Assembly (NCBI GenBank): GCA_965214025.1
Contig: CBDCAW010000008.1
Location: 4,434-68,433, forward strand
Reading direction: 5' to 3'
Length of the DNA stretch: 64,000 nt
From: Granulosicoccaceae bacterium
GTDB lineage: Bacteria > Pseudomonadota > Gammaproteobacteria > Granulosicoccales > Granulosicoccaceae
Positions 1 through 8,384 of the stretch are shown piece after piece. Made by a program: the position numbers and the translations under genes. The notes under the pieces were generated by a model. That model was not told the origin of the DNA, ran no database searches, and saw only the letters and a list, made by a program, of their open reading frames with translations. Position 1 is the stretch's first letter. Every line of letters starts with the position of its first letter.

Positions 1-347
1 ATGTTTTCGTGCCGATGACCGACTATCACGAACGAGTCGGTCAGCACGCACTGCGCGGCACGGGAAGGCTCGAGAATCGCACCTGATTTCAACAATAGAT
101 GAGCGCGATCGACCTCGTCCTGGCCGGCGCGAGTGGTCGGTGTCTCATCGAAACCGAGCAGGCTGGCCGCCGGTGCATCGAGATCCATGAACAGGTCGCC
201 CCCGTTGAGCATGACGGCTACTACAGGTTCTGCGGATTGCGCCGCACTGGCAGGCTGTTGCCCGCCGGCGCTTGCCCATATCGCGCCCACCGCATAGGAG
301 GCGGAAAGGATCGCTGCCGCCATGATCGCCAGAAAAACTGTTTGCAT
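1..347 (-). CDS. hypothetical exported/membrane-anchored protein, 3' end beyond the window start
   Basis: Own translation from ATG at 347: MQTVFLAIMAAAILSASYAVGAIWASAGG..., with a hydrophobic N-terminus and no stop before base 1. Absent from the ORF track, probably because it has no stop in the window. Confidence 0.5.
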   Translation of the reverse strand, partial: MQTVFLAIMAAAILSASYAVGAIWASAGGQQPASAAQSAEPVVAVMLNGGDLFMDLDAPAASLLGFDETPTTRAGQDEVDRAHLLLKSGAILEPSRAAQCVLTDSFVIVGHRHEN

Positions 348-412
348 GTTGAATCCGTCCCTGTTCGCGCATCAGATCATGATCTGAAGTGGTTGTTCCG
401 GCACAGATTGGC

Positions 413-967
413 CTACTCACTGCGCTGGTCGAGCACCGCTCGCATCTCATCCGAACCTGCCGGTGGTGTCGGCGCACGGTAACAGGCCTCGAGCATTGCA
501 AACAAGACCTCGCCGGATAGACCCCCATGCCAGCGTCGCCACTGGCTGAAACACAAGGTGAGTATTTCCAGGCGCTTGGCACCGGTGAGCAGAAAACGAA
601 AATGGCCCTGCCCGCCCCCTGACATATCGAGCGCCAGCCCGGCGGGGCCATGATTCAGCGTAAGGAACTTGTTCTTCTGCGGACCATGATTTTTCAGCTC
701 GCACCGCGACTGCCAGGCACATAGTGTTGCCATGACGTCACTCATCTCACGCGTGCTCACCTGCAGGGTCAGGACCTGTCCGGCATCGAAGTTGTATACA
801 TGCCCTGCCCGTGCCGCCGGGGGATACTCGCGGCCGGCCTGGAAACTGACGGTGTGCATCACACCGACGGTCTTGCCACTGGTTCTGTCAATCGTGCCTC
901 GAGTCTCGCTCAGAACGGCCTTCAACGCCGACTTGCGACCGTAGACCCAGACTGCTGATGCTGCCAT
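413..967 (-). CDS. hypothetical protein resembling, from memory, conserved plasmid/ICE hypotheticals (VYG-K-AL ... CE-KNHGP motifs)
   Basis: 184-aa ORF divergent from the tus-like gene. Motifs VYGRKSAL and CELKNHGPQKNK. The family link is recalled, not searched. Confidence 0.6.
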   Translation of the reverse strand: MAASAVWVYGRKSALKAVLSETRGTIDRTSGKTVGVMHTVSFQAGREYPPAARAGHVYNFDAGQVLTLQVSTREMSDVMATLCAWQSRCELKNHGPQKNKFLTLNHGPAGLALDMSGGGQGHFRFLLTGAKRLEILTLCFSQWRRWHGGLSGEVLFAMLEACYRAPTPPAGSDEMRAVLDQRSE

Positions 968-1038
968 GCCGTGATTTTCAGTTTCGGACGTGTCCAGAGC
1001 TTAACCCTGCACCCATGCTATCGGCGTTGATTCGTATT

Positions 1039-1297
1039 TTTATACCATCGTGGCAAGCTTATCTATCTTTAAACCAGGCTCGTCCTGACCACTCGGCGGC
1101 GTCGGGGGAAATGGGGGGAAAAAAGGGAAAAAAACAAGCAACATGCGGGTGAAGAAACTTTGGTTCCTTCAAGATCTCCCGCGTATTACAGTAACTGTAA
1201 GTATATTTATGCAGCGATGGTATAAACAAGCTAGGGCGAGCTTATCGCAGCCTTTTGCCTGCATCGATGCGTACTATCGCAGCCACGATGGTATAAA
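1039..1297. repeat. 16-bp perfect inverted repeat (GCCACGATGGTATAAA) plus a third 12-bp copy (CGATGGTATAAA)
   Basis: tttataccatcgtggc at 1039-1054 is the reverse complement of gccacgatggtataaa at 1282-1297. cgatggtataaa also occurs at 1215-1226. Confidence 0.95.
1186..1200. promoter_or_regulatory. palindromic operator-like site TTACAGT-A-ACTGTAA
   Basis: Perfect 7-bp arms with a 1-nt spacer in the AT-rich divergent intergenic region. The regulator is unknown. Confidence 0.5.
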
Positions 1298-1302
1298 GAA
1301 GT

Positions 1303-2190
1303 ATGGATACTCTAGACCGCATGGGCGTGCTCGAACGGTTCGCAGCTCTTCGTGAGGCTGTGGCCACTTTGAATAACTGGTTGCCGGCACACACACAGGC
1401 AGGCGCCGTTTACCCACTACCGGTGCTCAGCGAAGCTGAAGTGCCGCCGTTGATCAGCCCGGGGCTGGAGAGCGATGCCGAAGCCGCACGTCTCGGCGGC
1501 ATCGCCTTTGCCCAGTTCGAACGGCTCGACGAGCAACATCCCTCAACCGTTGCGCGTGTGCCGGGGTGGCTGCAACTCGATACCGACCCTGCTGCCTTCG
1601 TAGACCCCATCAACGAGCTGAAGCAGCACATCCAGGACACGCTGCGCGCAGCGTTCAGCTCCACGTCAAAGCGGGCCAAGGCGTGCAGAACCCTTTTTCC
1701 ACGGGTAGCGATGAACCAGCTCTATCGGCAGATCCATGTCGTCGATGCCAGCGTGGGCCGCATCAGCTTCATCTGGCAGCCGACCACCGTCGCCCGACGC
1801 AAGCTCAGCGTCGATGAGGCGCTGGCCTTACTGGCTCAGGCCGAACAGGATCCGTTGCTGATGGCCCGGCCGGGTGCCGCCGACGCGGTGGCCATCGCGC
1901 GCAGGCAAGTCGGAACACTCACCGAATCGTCACACTACCAACTCATCCTGAGCACACCGGTAGCGCCCCATCCACGGGTGGCCTTGTTCAATGTCAATGA
2001 ATCCAGGGCACGAAAGACCCATCATGCCAACCTGCCCCTGCTGCTGGCACCGCGAGACAAACCGCTGCGGGTACGTGCTCTACCGGATTTCGATGCCGGC
2101 AGGCGTAAGAAACCTCGCGGCCAACCCAAGCGTGTCCTGGACCCGCTCTGCGAACTGGTTCACCTGTATGGTTTCCACAAGGCACCGTAA
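1303..2190 (+). CDS. tus: Tus-like DNA replication terminus site-binding protein
   Basis: Colinear motif matches to E. coli Tus: VARVPGWL~AVRLPGVL, INELKQH~INKLKTT, PRVAMNQLYRQI~PGLITLNAYRTL, ISFIWQ~LRFGWA, PVAPHP~PVKVQP, HANLPLL~HACPTPLI, LPDFDA~LLNYDA, VHLY~LHLY. Length (295 aa) is similar. Confidence 0.8.
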   Translation: MDTLDRMGVLERFAALREAVATLNNWLPAHTQAGAVYPLPVLSEAEVPPLISPGLESDAEAARLGGIAFAQFERLDEQHPSTVARVPGWLQLDTDPAAFVDPINELKQHIQDTLRAAFSSTSKRAKACRTLFPRVAMNQLYRQIHVVDASVGRISFIWQPTTVARRKLSVDEALALLAQAEQDPLLMARPGAADAVAIARRQVGTLTESSHYQLILSTPVAPHPRVALFNVNESRARKTHHANLPLLLAPRDKPLRVRALPDFDAGRRKKPRGQPKRVLDPLCELVHLYGFHKAP

Positions 2191-2217
2191 TCTTGTCAAC
2201 CGCGGAGAACGACGATC

Positions 2218-2442
2218 GTGAGCGCGAAGGTCAATCGCAGAGGTTCACCACTGGCCAGCACCGGCGACATCATGCTGGTACAGGAATCCATGAAGGTGGC
2301 AGGCCTGTATCATGGCGAAATCGATGGCCAACCCGGCATACAGACCCTGAGCGCCGTGCGCACCTACAAGAAGCGCCACGGCATGCCGGCGAACAACACG
2401 CTGGACGATGACTTCATCGCGCATCTTCGGTATGAAACCTGA
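2218..2442 (+). CDS. small peptidoglycan-binding-domain protein (PGBD only)
   Basis: VQESMKVAGLYHGEIDGQPGIQTLSAVRTYKKRHGM fits the PG_binding_1 pattern Q..L...G.Y.G.IDG..G..T..A...FQ...GL. Confidence 0.75.
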   Translation: MSAKVNRRGSPLASTGDIMLVQESMKVAGLYHGEIDGQPGIQTLSAVRTYKKRHGMPANNTLDDDFIAHLRYET

Positions 2443-2635
2443 GCCGAGCTCTGACGGTGCGTTCGGCCAAACGTACCGGACAAGCGCAATCGCACACCGG
2501 CATTCGCCTTACCGGTGGAAGCTCAGTGCCGTATCGCCCAGACTGCATAGACCAGACTGCATAGAGCGGATCTCCCGCAACCATCGGATTGCGGTGCTGC
2601 ACGATCGGCTCGCCGAATCCGGCGGTCGATCAGTC

Positions 2636-2746
2636 ATGGGTCGGCAACAACATTGGCGGCGTACTCTACCATCGGCCATCCTGACCATGCTCATCGGACG
2701 ACTGGCGCTGTTCACCTCATCGCCCCTGTTCTTACGTGCCCTCTGA
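2636..2746 (+). pseudogene. possible remnant of a TrkH-type K+ transporter C-terminus
   Basis: ...LTMLIGRLALFT... resembles the TrkH terminal MLxGRLExFT motif. The match is short. A 14-bp tandem duplication (ccagactgcataga x2, 2538-2565) lies just upstream. Confidence 0.3.
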
Positions 2747-2838
2747 CCTGACCGGCGCGCCTGCTGATCGTGCCGATGTTCCAGGTGAGGATCTCCTTCG
2801 TATAGGGGCTGCGAACAAGCTGAACGGATGGGTTGTCG

Positions 2839-3234
2839 ATGACTACCGATAGTGCTGATGCGACCCGGAGCGCTCCCCGGACCGGGAGTGCGCCACTGAC
2901 GGTCTACTACGACGGTGCCTGCCCGATCTGCAGCCGTGAGATAGCGACCTACCGGCGCGCCGAGGGTGCCAACCGGCTAGACTGGATCGATGTTTCGACC
3001 AGCGAATCGGCAGCGCTCGGCGATGACCTGACAGCCGAGCAGGCGATGGCACGCATGCATGTGCGCGAAGCGGATGGGACGCTGGTGGATGGAGCAGCCG
3101 CGTTTGCCGCAATCTGGCAGCATCTGCCACGCACGCGCTGGCTGGGCAAGCTGACGAGCTCACGGCCGGTACTGTGGGTGCTCGAGCCCGCCTATCGATT
3201 GTTCCTGAAAATACGGCCCCTGTGGCGGCGGTAG
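2839..3234 (+). CDS. DCC1-like thiol-disulfide oxidoreductase (DUF393)
   Basis: VYYDGACPICSREI (DxxCxxC) plus MHV...G....GA.AF..IW..LP pattern. Confidence 0.9.
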   Translation: MTTDSADATRSAPRTGSAPLTVYYDGACPICSREIATYRRAEGANRLDWIDVSTSESAALGDDLTAEQAMARMHVREADGTLVDGAAAFAAIWQHLPRTRWLGKLTSSRPVLWVLEPAYRLFLKIRPLWRR

Positions 3235-3314
3235 CCTTTCCAGTATCGATGGCGCATTCGCCGCGCTCCTCAACCTCGCTACACCCGAATCCAGCAACTA
3301 CGGACACCTTACCC

Positions 3315-3701
3315 ATGTCAGAAGAGACCCTACGCAAGAACCCCATGATGGCCCACCTGCTCGACTCGTTGGATGAGGGCAAGGACATCGGCCACTATGG
3401 CCGGCTGGTCTTCACGATCGTCGCACGGCATTTTCTCGACGAGGACGAGCTCGTCACCTGGATGACGAAAGACAAGGATGTGGATGAAACCAAGGCTCGC
3501 GGCTTGCTGCATCAGGTGGCAGAAGCCGATTACAGCCCGCCAAAGGCGGATACCATCCGCGGCTACGAGAAGAAGCAGGAATTCCCCATCCTGGCCAATC
3601 CCGACGACCCGGACGCGGGCAACGTCTACCAGGATCTGGAATTCCCCGAGTCGGTGTACAACAGCATCTCGGAATATCACGAGGAAAAGTCGGACACCTG
3701 A
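3315..3701 (+). CDS. conserved hypothetical protein resembling the primase large-subunit C-terminal domain (PriL-CTD/PriX-like), lacking the Fe-S cysteines
   Basis: 128 aa from ATG 3315. NPMMAHLLDSLDEGKDIGHYGRLVF ... DVDETKARGLLHQVAEADYSPPKADTI aligns by eye with PriL PPC..LL....G..L.H.GR ... DFDE.KTRY.V.H....YSPPSC.T. Confidence 0.65.
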   Translation: MSEETLRKNPMMAHLLDSLDEGKDIGHYGRLVFTIVARHFLDEDELVTWMTKDKDVDETKARGLLHQVAEADYSPPKADTIRGYEKKQEFPILANPDDPDAGNVYQDLEFPESVYNSISEYHEEKSDT

Positions 3702-3800
3702 GCGCCCCCTTTCACCGTCCGGTGACGGATTCGGCGTCGCTATCGAGTAAGAGAACGTCGCAAGGAGGAATCGCTCACGGGGCAGGCCCATCGCCAGCCT

Positions 3801-4079
3801 CTATCGGTCACGTGTGATTCGACCCTCGCGGGCGGCATCGACCACCTCGCGGTGCCGGCGTTCTTCGGCGCGAGCGCCGCGATTATGCCGGGCCACCGTG
3901 ATGAACCCGAAGACCAGCACGAAGGGGTACACCAGGAACCAGCCCACACCGAACAGCCCCACGCTCAAACCCACGGCGATCAGCGTGAACACCACACCGG
4001 CGGCCATGCTGGAGTAGAACAGCCCGAGCGGGCCGAACAGCACGTTGAGGATGAACTGCAGAATCTGAGATTTCTTCAT
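3801..4079 (-). CDS. small membrane protein (2-3 TM) with a charged C-terminal tail
   Basis: 92 aa, LNVLFGPLGLFY motif, hydrophobic core, Arg/Glu-rich tail. Confidence 0.7.
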   Translation of the reverse strand: MKKSQILQFILNVLFGPLGLFYSSMAAGVVFTLIAVGLSVGLFGVGWFLVYPFVLVFGFITVARHNRGARAEERRHREVVDAAREGRITRDR

Positions 4080-4199
4080 GCGACTAGCAGCTCCCCGGCG
4101 TCAGCGGTCGATGGTTCAGGGTATTAAGATGGGACGCCGGATCGCGCAAGTCAATTCGGCGCGCGCCGGAACATGGCTCGTCTCACCTGGAGATACCCG

Positions 4200-5264
4200 A
4201 TGAATACACCGAGTGGTCTGCCCGGGCTGCCCCCGATGATGAATTCGCTGGTGAAGGCGCAGCCGACGGAAGGCCTTTGGATGCAGCGCAGCCCGGTGCC
4301 GGCGATAGGTCCGGACGATGTTTTGATCCGGGTGAACAAGACCGGCATCTGCGGCACCGACATCCACATCTGGAACTGGGATGCCTGGGCGCGCGATACG
4401 GTACCGGTACCGATGATCACCGGTCACGAGTTCGCCGGTGTGATCGTCGAGCTCGGCAGCGGTGTCACCGACCTGGCCATCGGCCAGCGCTGCTCGGGCG
4501 AAGGCCATCTGATCGGCCGCAACAGCCGCCAGTCGCGTGCCGGCAAGTTTCATCTGGACCCGGGTACACGCGGCATCGGTGTCAACGAGCCCGGTGCCTT
4601 CGCCGAGTACCTGCGCCTGCCCGCGTTCAATGTGGTGCTGCTGCCGGACGAGATTTCCGACGATATCGGTGCGATCCTCGACCCGCTCGGCAACGCGGTG
4701 CACACCGCCCTGTCGTTCGACCTGATCGGCGAGGATGTGCTGATCACCGGTGCTGGCCCGATCGGCATCATGGCGGCTGCCGTAGCGCGTCATGCCGGTG
4801 CCCGCAACGTGGTGATCACCGACGTCAACGCCGACCGTCTGGCGCTGGCGCAGACGGTGACCGATGTGGTGCCGGTGAACGTGGCAACGGAAGACCTGCG
4901 CGAGGTGATCTCACGCCTGAGGATGAAGCAGGGCTTCGATGTCGGCCTGGAGATGTCGGGTAGCCAGGTGGCGCTCGACCAGATGGTCGAGGCATTGGTC
5001 ATGGGCGGGCGGATCGCTCTGTTGGGCATTCCGCCAGGCAAGTCACCGGTGGACTGGTCTCGCATCGTCTTCAAGGCGATTACCCTGAAAGGCGTCTACG
5101 GGCGCGAGATATTCGAGACCTGGTACAAGATGATCGCCATGCTGCAGAACGGCCTGGACGTGAGCCGCGTGATCACCCACCATTTTCCGGTGCAGGAGTT
5201 TCGCGAGGGGTTCGGAATAATGAAAGGCGGATCCAGTGGCAAGGTGGTGCTGGCCTGGCGTTGA
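4200..5264 (+). CDS. tdh: L-threonine 3-dehydrogenase
   Basis: [44 protein letters not shown]-like [19 protein letters not shown]. Start placed at ATG 4200 behind GGAG. Confidence 0.95.
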   Translation: MNTPSGLPGLPPMMNSLVKAQPTEGLWMQRSPVPAIGPDDVLIRVNKTGICGTDIHIWNWDAWARDTVPVPMITGHEFAGVIVELGSGVTDLAIGQRCSGEGHLIGRNSRQSRAGKFHLDPGTRGIGVNEPGAFAEYLRLPAFNVVLLPDEISDDIGAILDPLGNAVHTALSFDLIGEDVLITGAGPIGIMAAAVARHAGARNVVITDVNADRLALAQTVTDVVPVNVATEDLREVISRLRMKQGFDVGLEMSGSQVALDQMVEALVMGGRIALLGIPPGKSPVDWSRIVFKAITLKGVYGREIFETWYKMIAMLQNGLDVSRVITHHFPVQEFREGFGIMKGGSSGKVVLAWR

Positions 5265-5531
5265 CGCCGGTACGTCACCGGTTTCCACCCCCCGGTACTT
5301 GCCGGCCGGGACGTGCACTACGCACAAGGAAAAACGAAGAACGCGAACGCTGATCGTCGCTACCGATCAGATCAACACCGGAACTGCGTCACATCCTGTT
5401 CCCGGTCGATTGAATTTTCCTGACGCCTTACAACCTTTGCGCGCACAGCACAGAAGAAGACTGGTGTGCCGTGCCGATAGTCAATTAGCGCGAACGGCCC
5501 GGACTGATTCTCCAACTGATCACGACGCTCT

Positions 5532-5999
5532 ATGACTGAGAAGCTCTGGCGGCTGCTATACCTGAGTCGTAACGAAATCGAAGGCTCTTCTGCTGAAGTC
5601 CTGCAGGAGCTCGAGCAGATTCTCGCCACTGCTCGACGGCATAATGCGGCAATGGACATCTGCGGTGCTCTGATGTTCAACCGTGAAGTATTCGCGCAGG
5701 CGCTGGAGGGGCCTCAGCGAGCCGTGCTGGCCTTGTTCGATTCCATCCAGCAGGATCGACGTCATTCGAACGTGGTCGTGCTCGGTTCCGCCGCCATCGA
5801 TAAACGCACGTTCAAGGCATGGTCGATGGGGTATGTCGGCGTGGATCTCTCTGTGGATGAGCTGTTCGGCGTGATCGGTGCCGAGTCAGGTTTCACGCTG
5901 GACGATCTGCCGGCGGAGCATGTGTTCGAAATCCTGCGCTCGCACCTGTTCAAGGCCGAGATGAAGCGTTTGCGCTGGAAGGCACTTCGGGCCGCCTGA
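5532..5999 (+). CDS. stand-alone BLUF blue-light photoreceptor
   Basis: LLYLS (Tyr), ARRHNAAMDICGALM, FAQALEG (Gln), DRRH, WSMG (Met). Confidence 0.92.
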   Translation: MTEKLWRLLYLSRNEIEGSSAEVLQELEQILATARRHNAAMDICGALMFNREVFAQALEGPQRAVLALFDSIQQDRRHSNVVVLGSAAIDKRTFKAWSMGYVGVDLSVDELFGVIGAESGFTLDDLPAEHVFEILRSHLFKAEMKRLRWKALRAA

Positions 6000-6382
6000 G
6001 CGCGTTGCAGCCCCCCCGTTCCCACCGGGTATCGATACACGCAGGCTTTGCGCGACCCCACCAGGCTTGCAGATGCACAGTCGCACCGCGTGCGATCCCT
6101 CAGTTCACAGGTGCTTGTGGAGTAACTGACGGCGGCACAGGGTGTTGCGAAATGTCCGGAAGCATTTCAAGAACATAGCGCTCGATCTATCAGGCATGTT
6201 CCGGGCAAGCGGACGCACCTGGCCCCTCCGTACCTGCTCCTTTGTCTTGCTCGCCGTGCACGTCAAAGGTATTCTGATCTCGAGTGCGTGGATTCGCACG
6301 TGCCATCTGACGCCGTCACAGTGGCCAGCAAGCGTATATCTCGAATGCGTCCAAACAACCTGACATAAGGTAGAGAACACCG

Positions 6383-7876
6383 ATGGAGTTGCTGCAAGGT
6401 TTTTTCGGGATCATCAACGATCTGACATGGGGCTGGGCGCTGGTACCCTTCCTCGTCGTACTGGGCCTGTTCTTCACGGTGCTCTCGGGTTTCGTTCAGT
6501 TCCGCTACTTCAAGCGCATGTTCCGGGTGCTGAACGGCAAGATCGCCACGGACGACCCGAAGGGCATCTCCGGGCGAGAAGCTCTACTGGTCTCGGTCGG
6601 CGGACGGGTCGGCGGGGGCAACATTGCAGGCGTCGCCGTAGCGATCTCCCTCGGGGGGCCCGGCGCGGTGTTCTGGATGTGGGCTATCGCGCTGGTCGGC
6701 ATGGGCACCAGCGTGATCGAGTGCTCACTCGCCCAGCTTTACAAGGAACGCGCACCCGACGGCTCTTTCCGTGGCGGCCCGGCACGCTCGATCATCCACG
6801 GGCTCGGCCAAGACTACCGCTGGCTCGCGGTGATCTACGCAGTGTGCCTGCTGTGTGCGTTCTCGATCGGCTTCAACGCCTTCCAGGGCAACACCGTGGC
6901 AGGTGCCGCACAGGACAGCCTGGGCATCGAGCGCCTCTATACCGGTATCGGGCTTGCCATTCTGACCCTGATCATCATCTATGGTGGCATTCGCCGTATC
7001 GCCAAGGTAGCCGATGTCGTCGTGCCGGTCATGGCCTTCGGCTACCTGCTGATGGCGGCGATCGTCATCGTCATCAATATCGCTGACGTACCCGGTGTCT
7101 TCGTCTCGATCGTCCGGGGTGCATTCGGGCTCGAGGAAGCGCTGGCCGGCGGCATGGGGGCGGCGCTCGCTCAGGGGCTTCAGCGTGGTCTGTTCTCCAA
7201 CGAGGCTGGGCTGGGTTCGGTACCCAACGTGGCGGCGACGGCCGATGTCCGCCATCCTGTCAGCCAGGGCATCACGCAGTCGCTATCGGTGTTCATCGAC
7301 ACGATCCTGATCTGCACCTGCACCGCCTTGGTCATCATGCTCGGTGATGTCTACGTGCCTGGAGCAGAGGCCATCGACGGGGTCAAGCTGACACAACAGT
7401 CGCTCGTGGGGCACGTCGGCGAGTGGGCGGGCTACTTCCTGACCGGCGCCATCCTGCTGTTCGCTCTGAGTTCGATCATCGTCAACTACTATCTTGGGGA
7501 GAACGCCCTGTCGGTGCTCACCAAGAACCCGGCGTCGTTGCATGTGCTGCGCTTCGTCATCGTTGGCATCGTGTTCCTGGGCGCGGTCGCACCGGGGGCG
7601 ACGGCGGTGTTCTTCTTCTCGGATCCTATGATGGGTATCCTGGCGGTCATCAACCTGCTTGCGATAATGATGCTGTTTCCGATCGCCAAGCGCCTTATCG
7701 ACGACTTCGGTGCTCAGGTAAAGGCAGGGGTCGAACGCCCCGTGCTGGACCCGGCGAAGTTCGCCGATCTCGACATAGACCCCAAGGTATGGACCGGTGA
7801 GGTGAAGACGGGGTCGGTTCCCCCGCCCGATGCCGCTCCCGGTACAAGCCCTGCCCCGACGCCAGTGCCTGGTTAG
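6383..7876 (+). CDS. alanine/glycine:cation symporter (AGCS family)
   Basis: GGRVGGGNIAGVA, GGPGAVFWMW, RGLFSNEAGLGS, FIDTILICTCTA. Pro-rich C-terminal tail. Confidence 0.95.
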   Translation: MELLQGFFGIINDLTWGWALVPFLVVLGLFFTVLSGFVQFRYFKRMFRVLNGKIATDDPKGISGREALLVSVGGRVGGGNIAGVAVAISLGGPGAVFWMWAIALVGMGTSVIECSLAQLYKERAPDGSFRGGPARSIIHGLGQDYRWLAVIYAVCLLCAFSIGFNAFQGNTVAGAAQDSLGIERLYTGIGLAILTLIIIYGGIRRIAKVADVVVPVMAFGYLLMAAIVIVINIADVPGVFVSIVRGAFGLEEALAGGMGAALAQGLQRGLFSNEAGLGSVPNVAATADVRHPVSQGITQSLSVFIDTILICTCTALVIMLGDVYVPGAEAIDGVKLTQQSLVGHVGEWAGYFLTGAILLFALSSIIVNYYLGENALSVLTKNPASLHVLRFVIVGIVFLGAVAPGATAVFFFSDPMMGILAVINLLAIMMLFPIAKRLIDDFGAQVKAGVERPVLDPAKFADLDIDPKVWTGEVKTGSVPPPDAAPGTSPAPTPVPG

Positions 7877-7887
7877 GCACAGGGAAC

Positions 7888-8073
7888 TTCGGAGAAAGGG
7901 GCCCGTTCACGGGCGAGCCGGTCTTGCATGAGGTTGCCACCCACCTTGGCGCCTCACTGCTACCGGCAGGGGCCTCACCTGTACTACCTCTGGTGATAGC
8001 CCTGCCCCCCGGCGCCTTCGCAAGGCGGGCGCCGGGCGGTAAGGTGGATTCCGCCTTGCTGGTGTTCTCCGGA
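7888..8073. ncRNA. candidate structured RNA or mobile-element remnant (unassigned)
   Basis: Nested pairings read directly: 7890-7896/8065-8071, 7941-7947/8041-8047, and hairpins 7901-7914, 7965-8006 and 8008-8036. No family recognised. Confidence 0.35.
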
Positions 8074-8274
8074 TATCGCGACACGCCGGGCCGATCGCGC
8101 CATCGAACTGCGCTGACGGTACCGAGCAGGAACCTCCCGGCTCACGACTCTCCGCCAGTGTCGGTGTCGGTATTCGTTGTCGTCGTGGGCGAGAGTCGAG
8201 ATCCGTTCGAATCTGCCCATTCCGATTCTGGCCTGGGACGACCGAGCCCAGCATTCGTCACCCGCCATCACTGC

Positions 8275-8293
8275 GTTAATGAGAATCATTCGT
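8275..8293. promoter_or_regulatory. Fur box
   Basis: GTTAATGAGAATCATTCGT matches GATAATGATAATCATTATC at 14/19 and lies upstream of haem-related genes. Confidence 0.75.
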
Positions 8294-8384
8294 GTTATTA
8301 TTTTCAGACGATCAATCGCTCTCTCGCTGATTAGCCGTCTACGTTGGCGCAGCCAAGAGTGCGCTACCGAAATCGGTAACTCTT

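Noticed and set aside
968-1302. Canonical E. coli Ter site upstream of tus
   Set aside because: No exact ATGTTGTAAC core seen by eye. Only the diverged motif is reported, as a hypothesis.
6000-6382. Glycine riboswitch or sigma-54 promoter before the AGCS symporter
   Set aside because: No GGAGA...CCGAAG...CAGG aptamer pattern. The GGCAC...TTGC near 6133 has GG-GC spacing one base too long.
7888-8073. Assignment as a cobalamin, yybP-ykoY or Moco riboswitch, 6S RNA or group II intron
   Set aside because: Only isolated short words match (AGGGAA, GCAAGACC). The conserved cores and downstream gene context do not.
8150-8220. HemP-like small ORF on the minus strand next to the Fur box (AHDDNEYRHR)
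   Set aside because: The resemblance is only a few residues, and the diagnostic T..GKLILTK end is missing.
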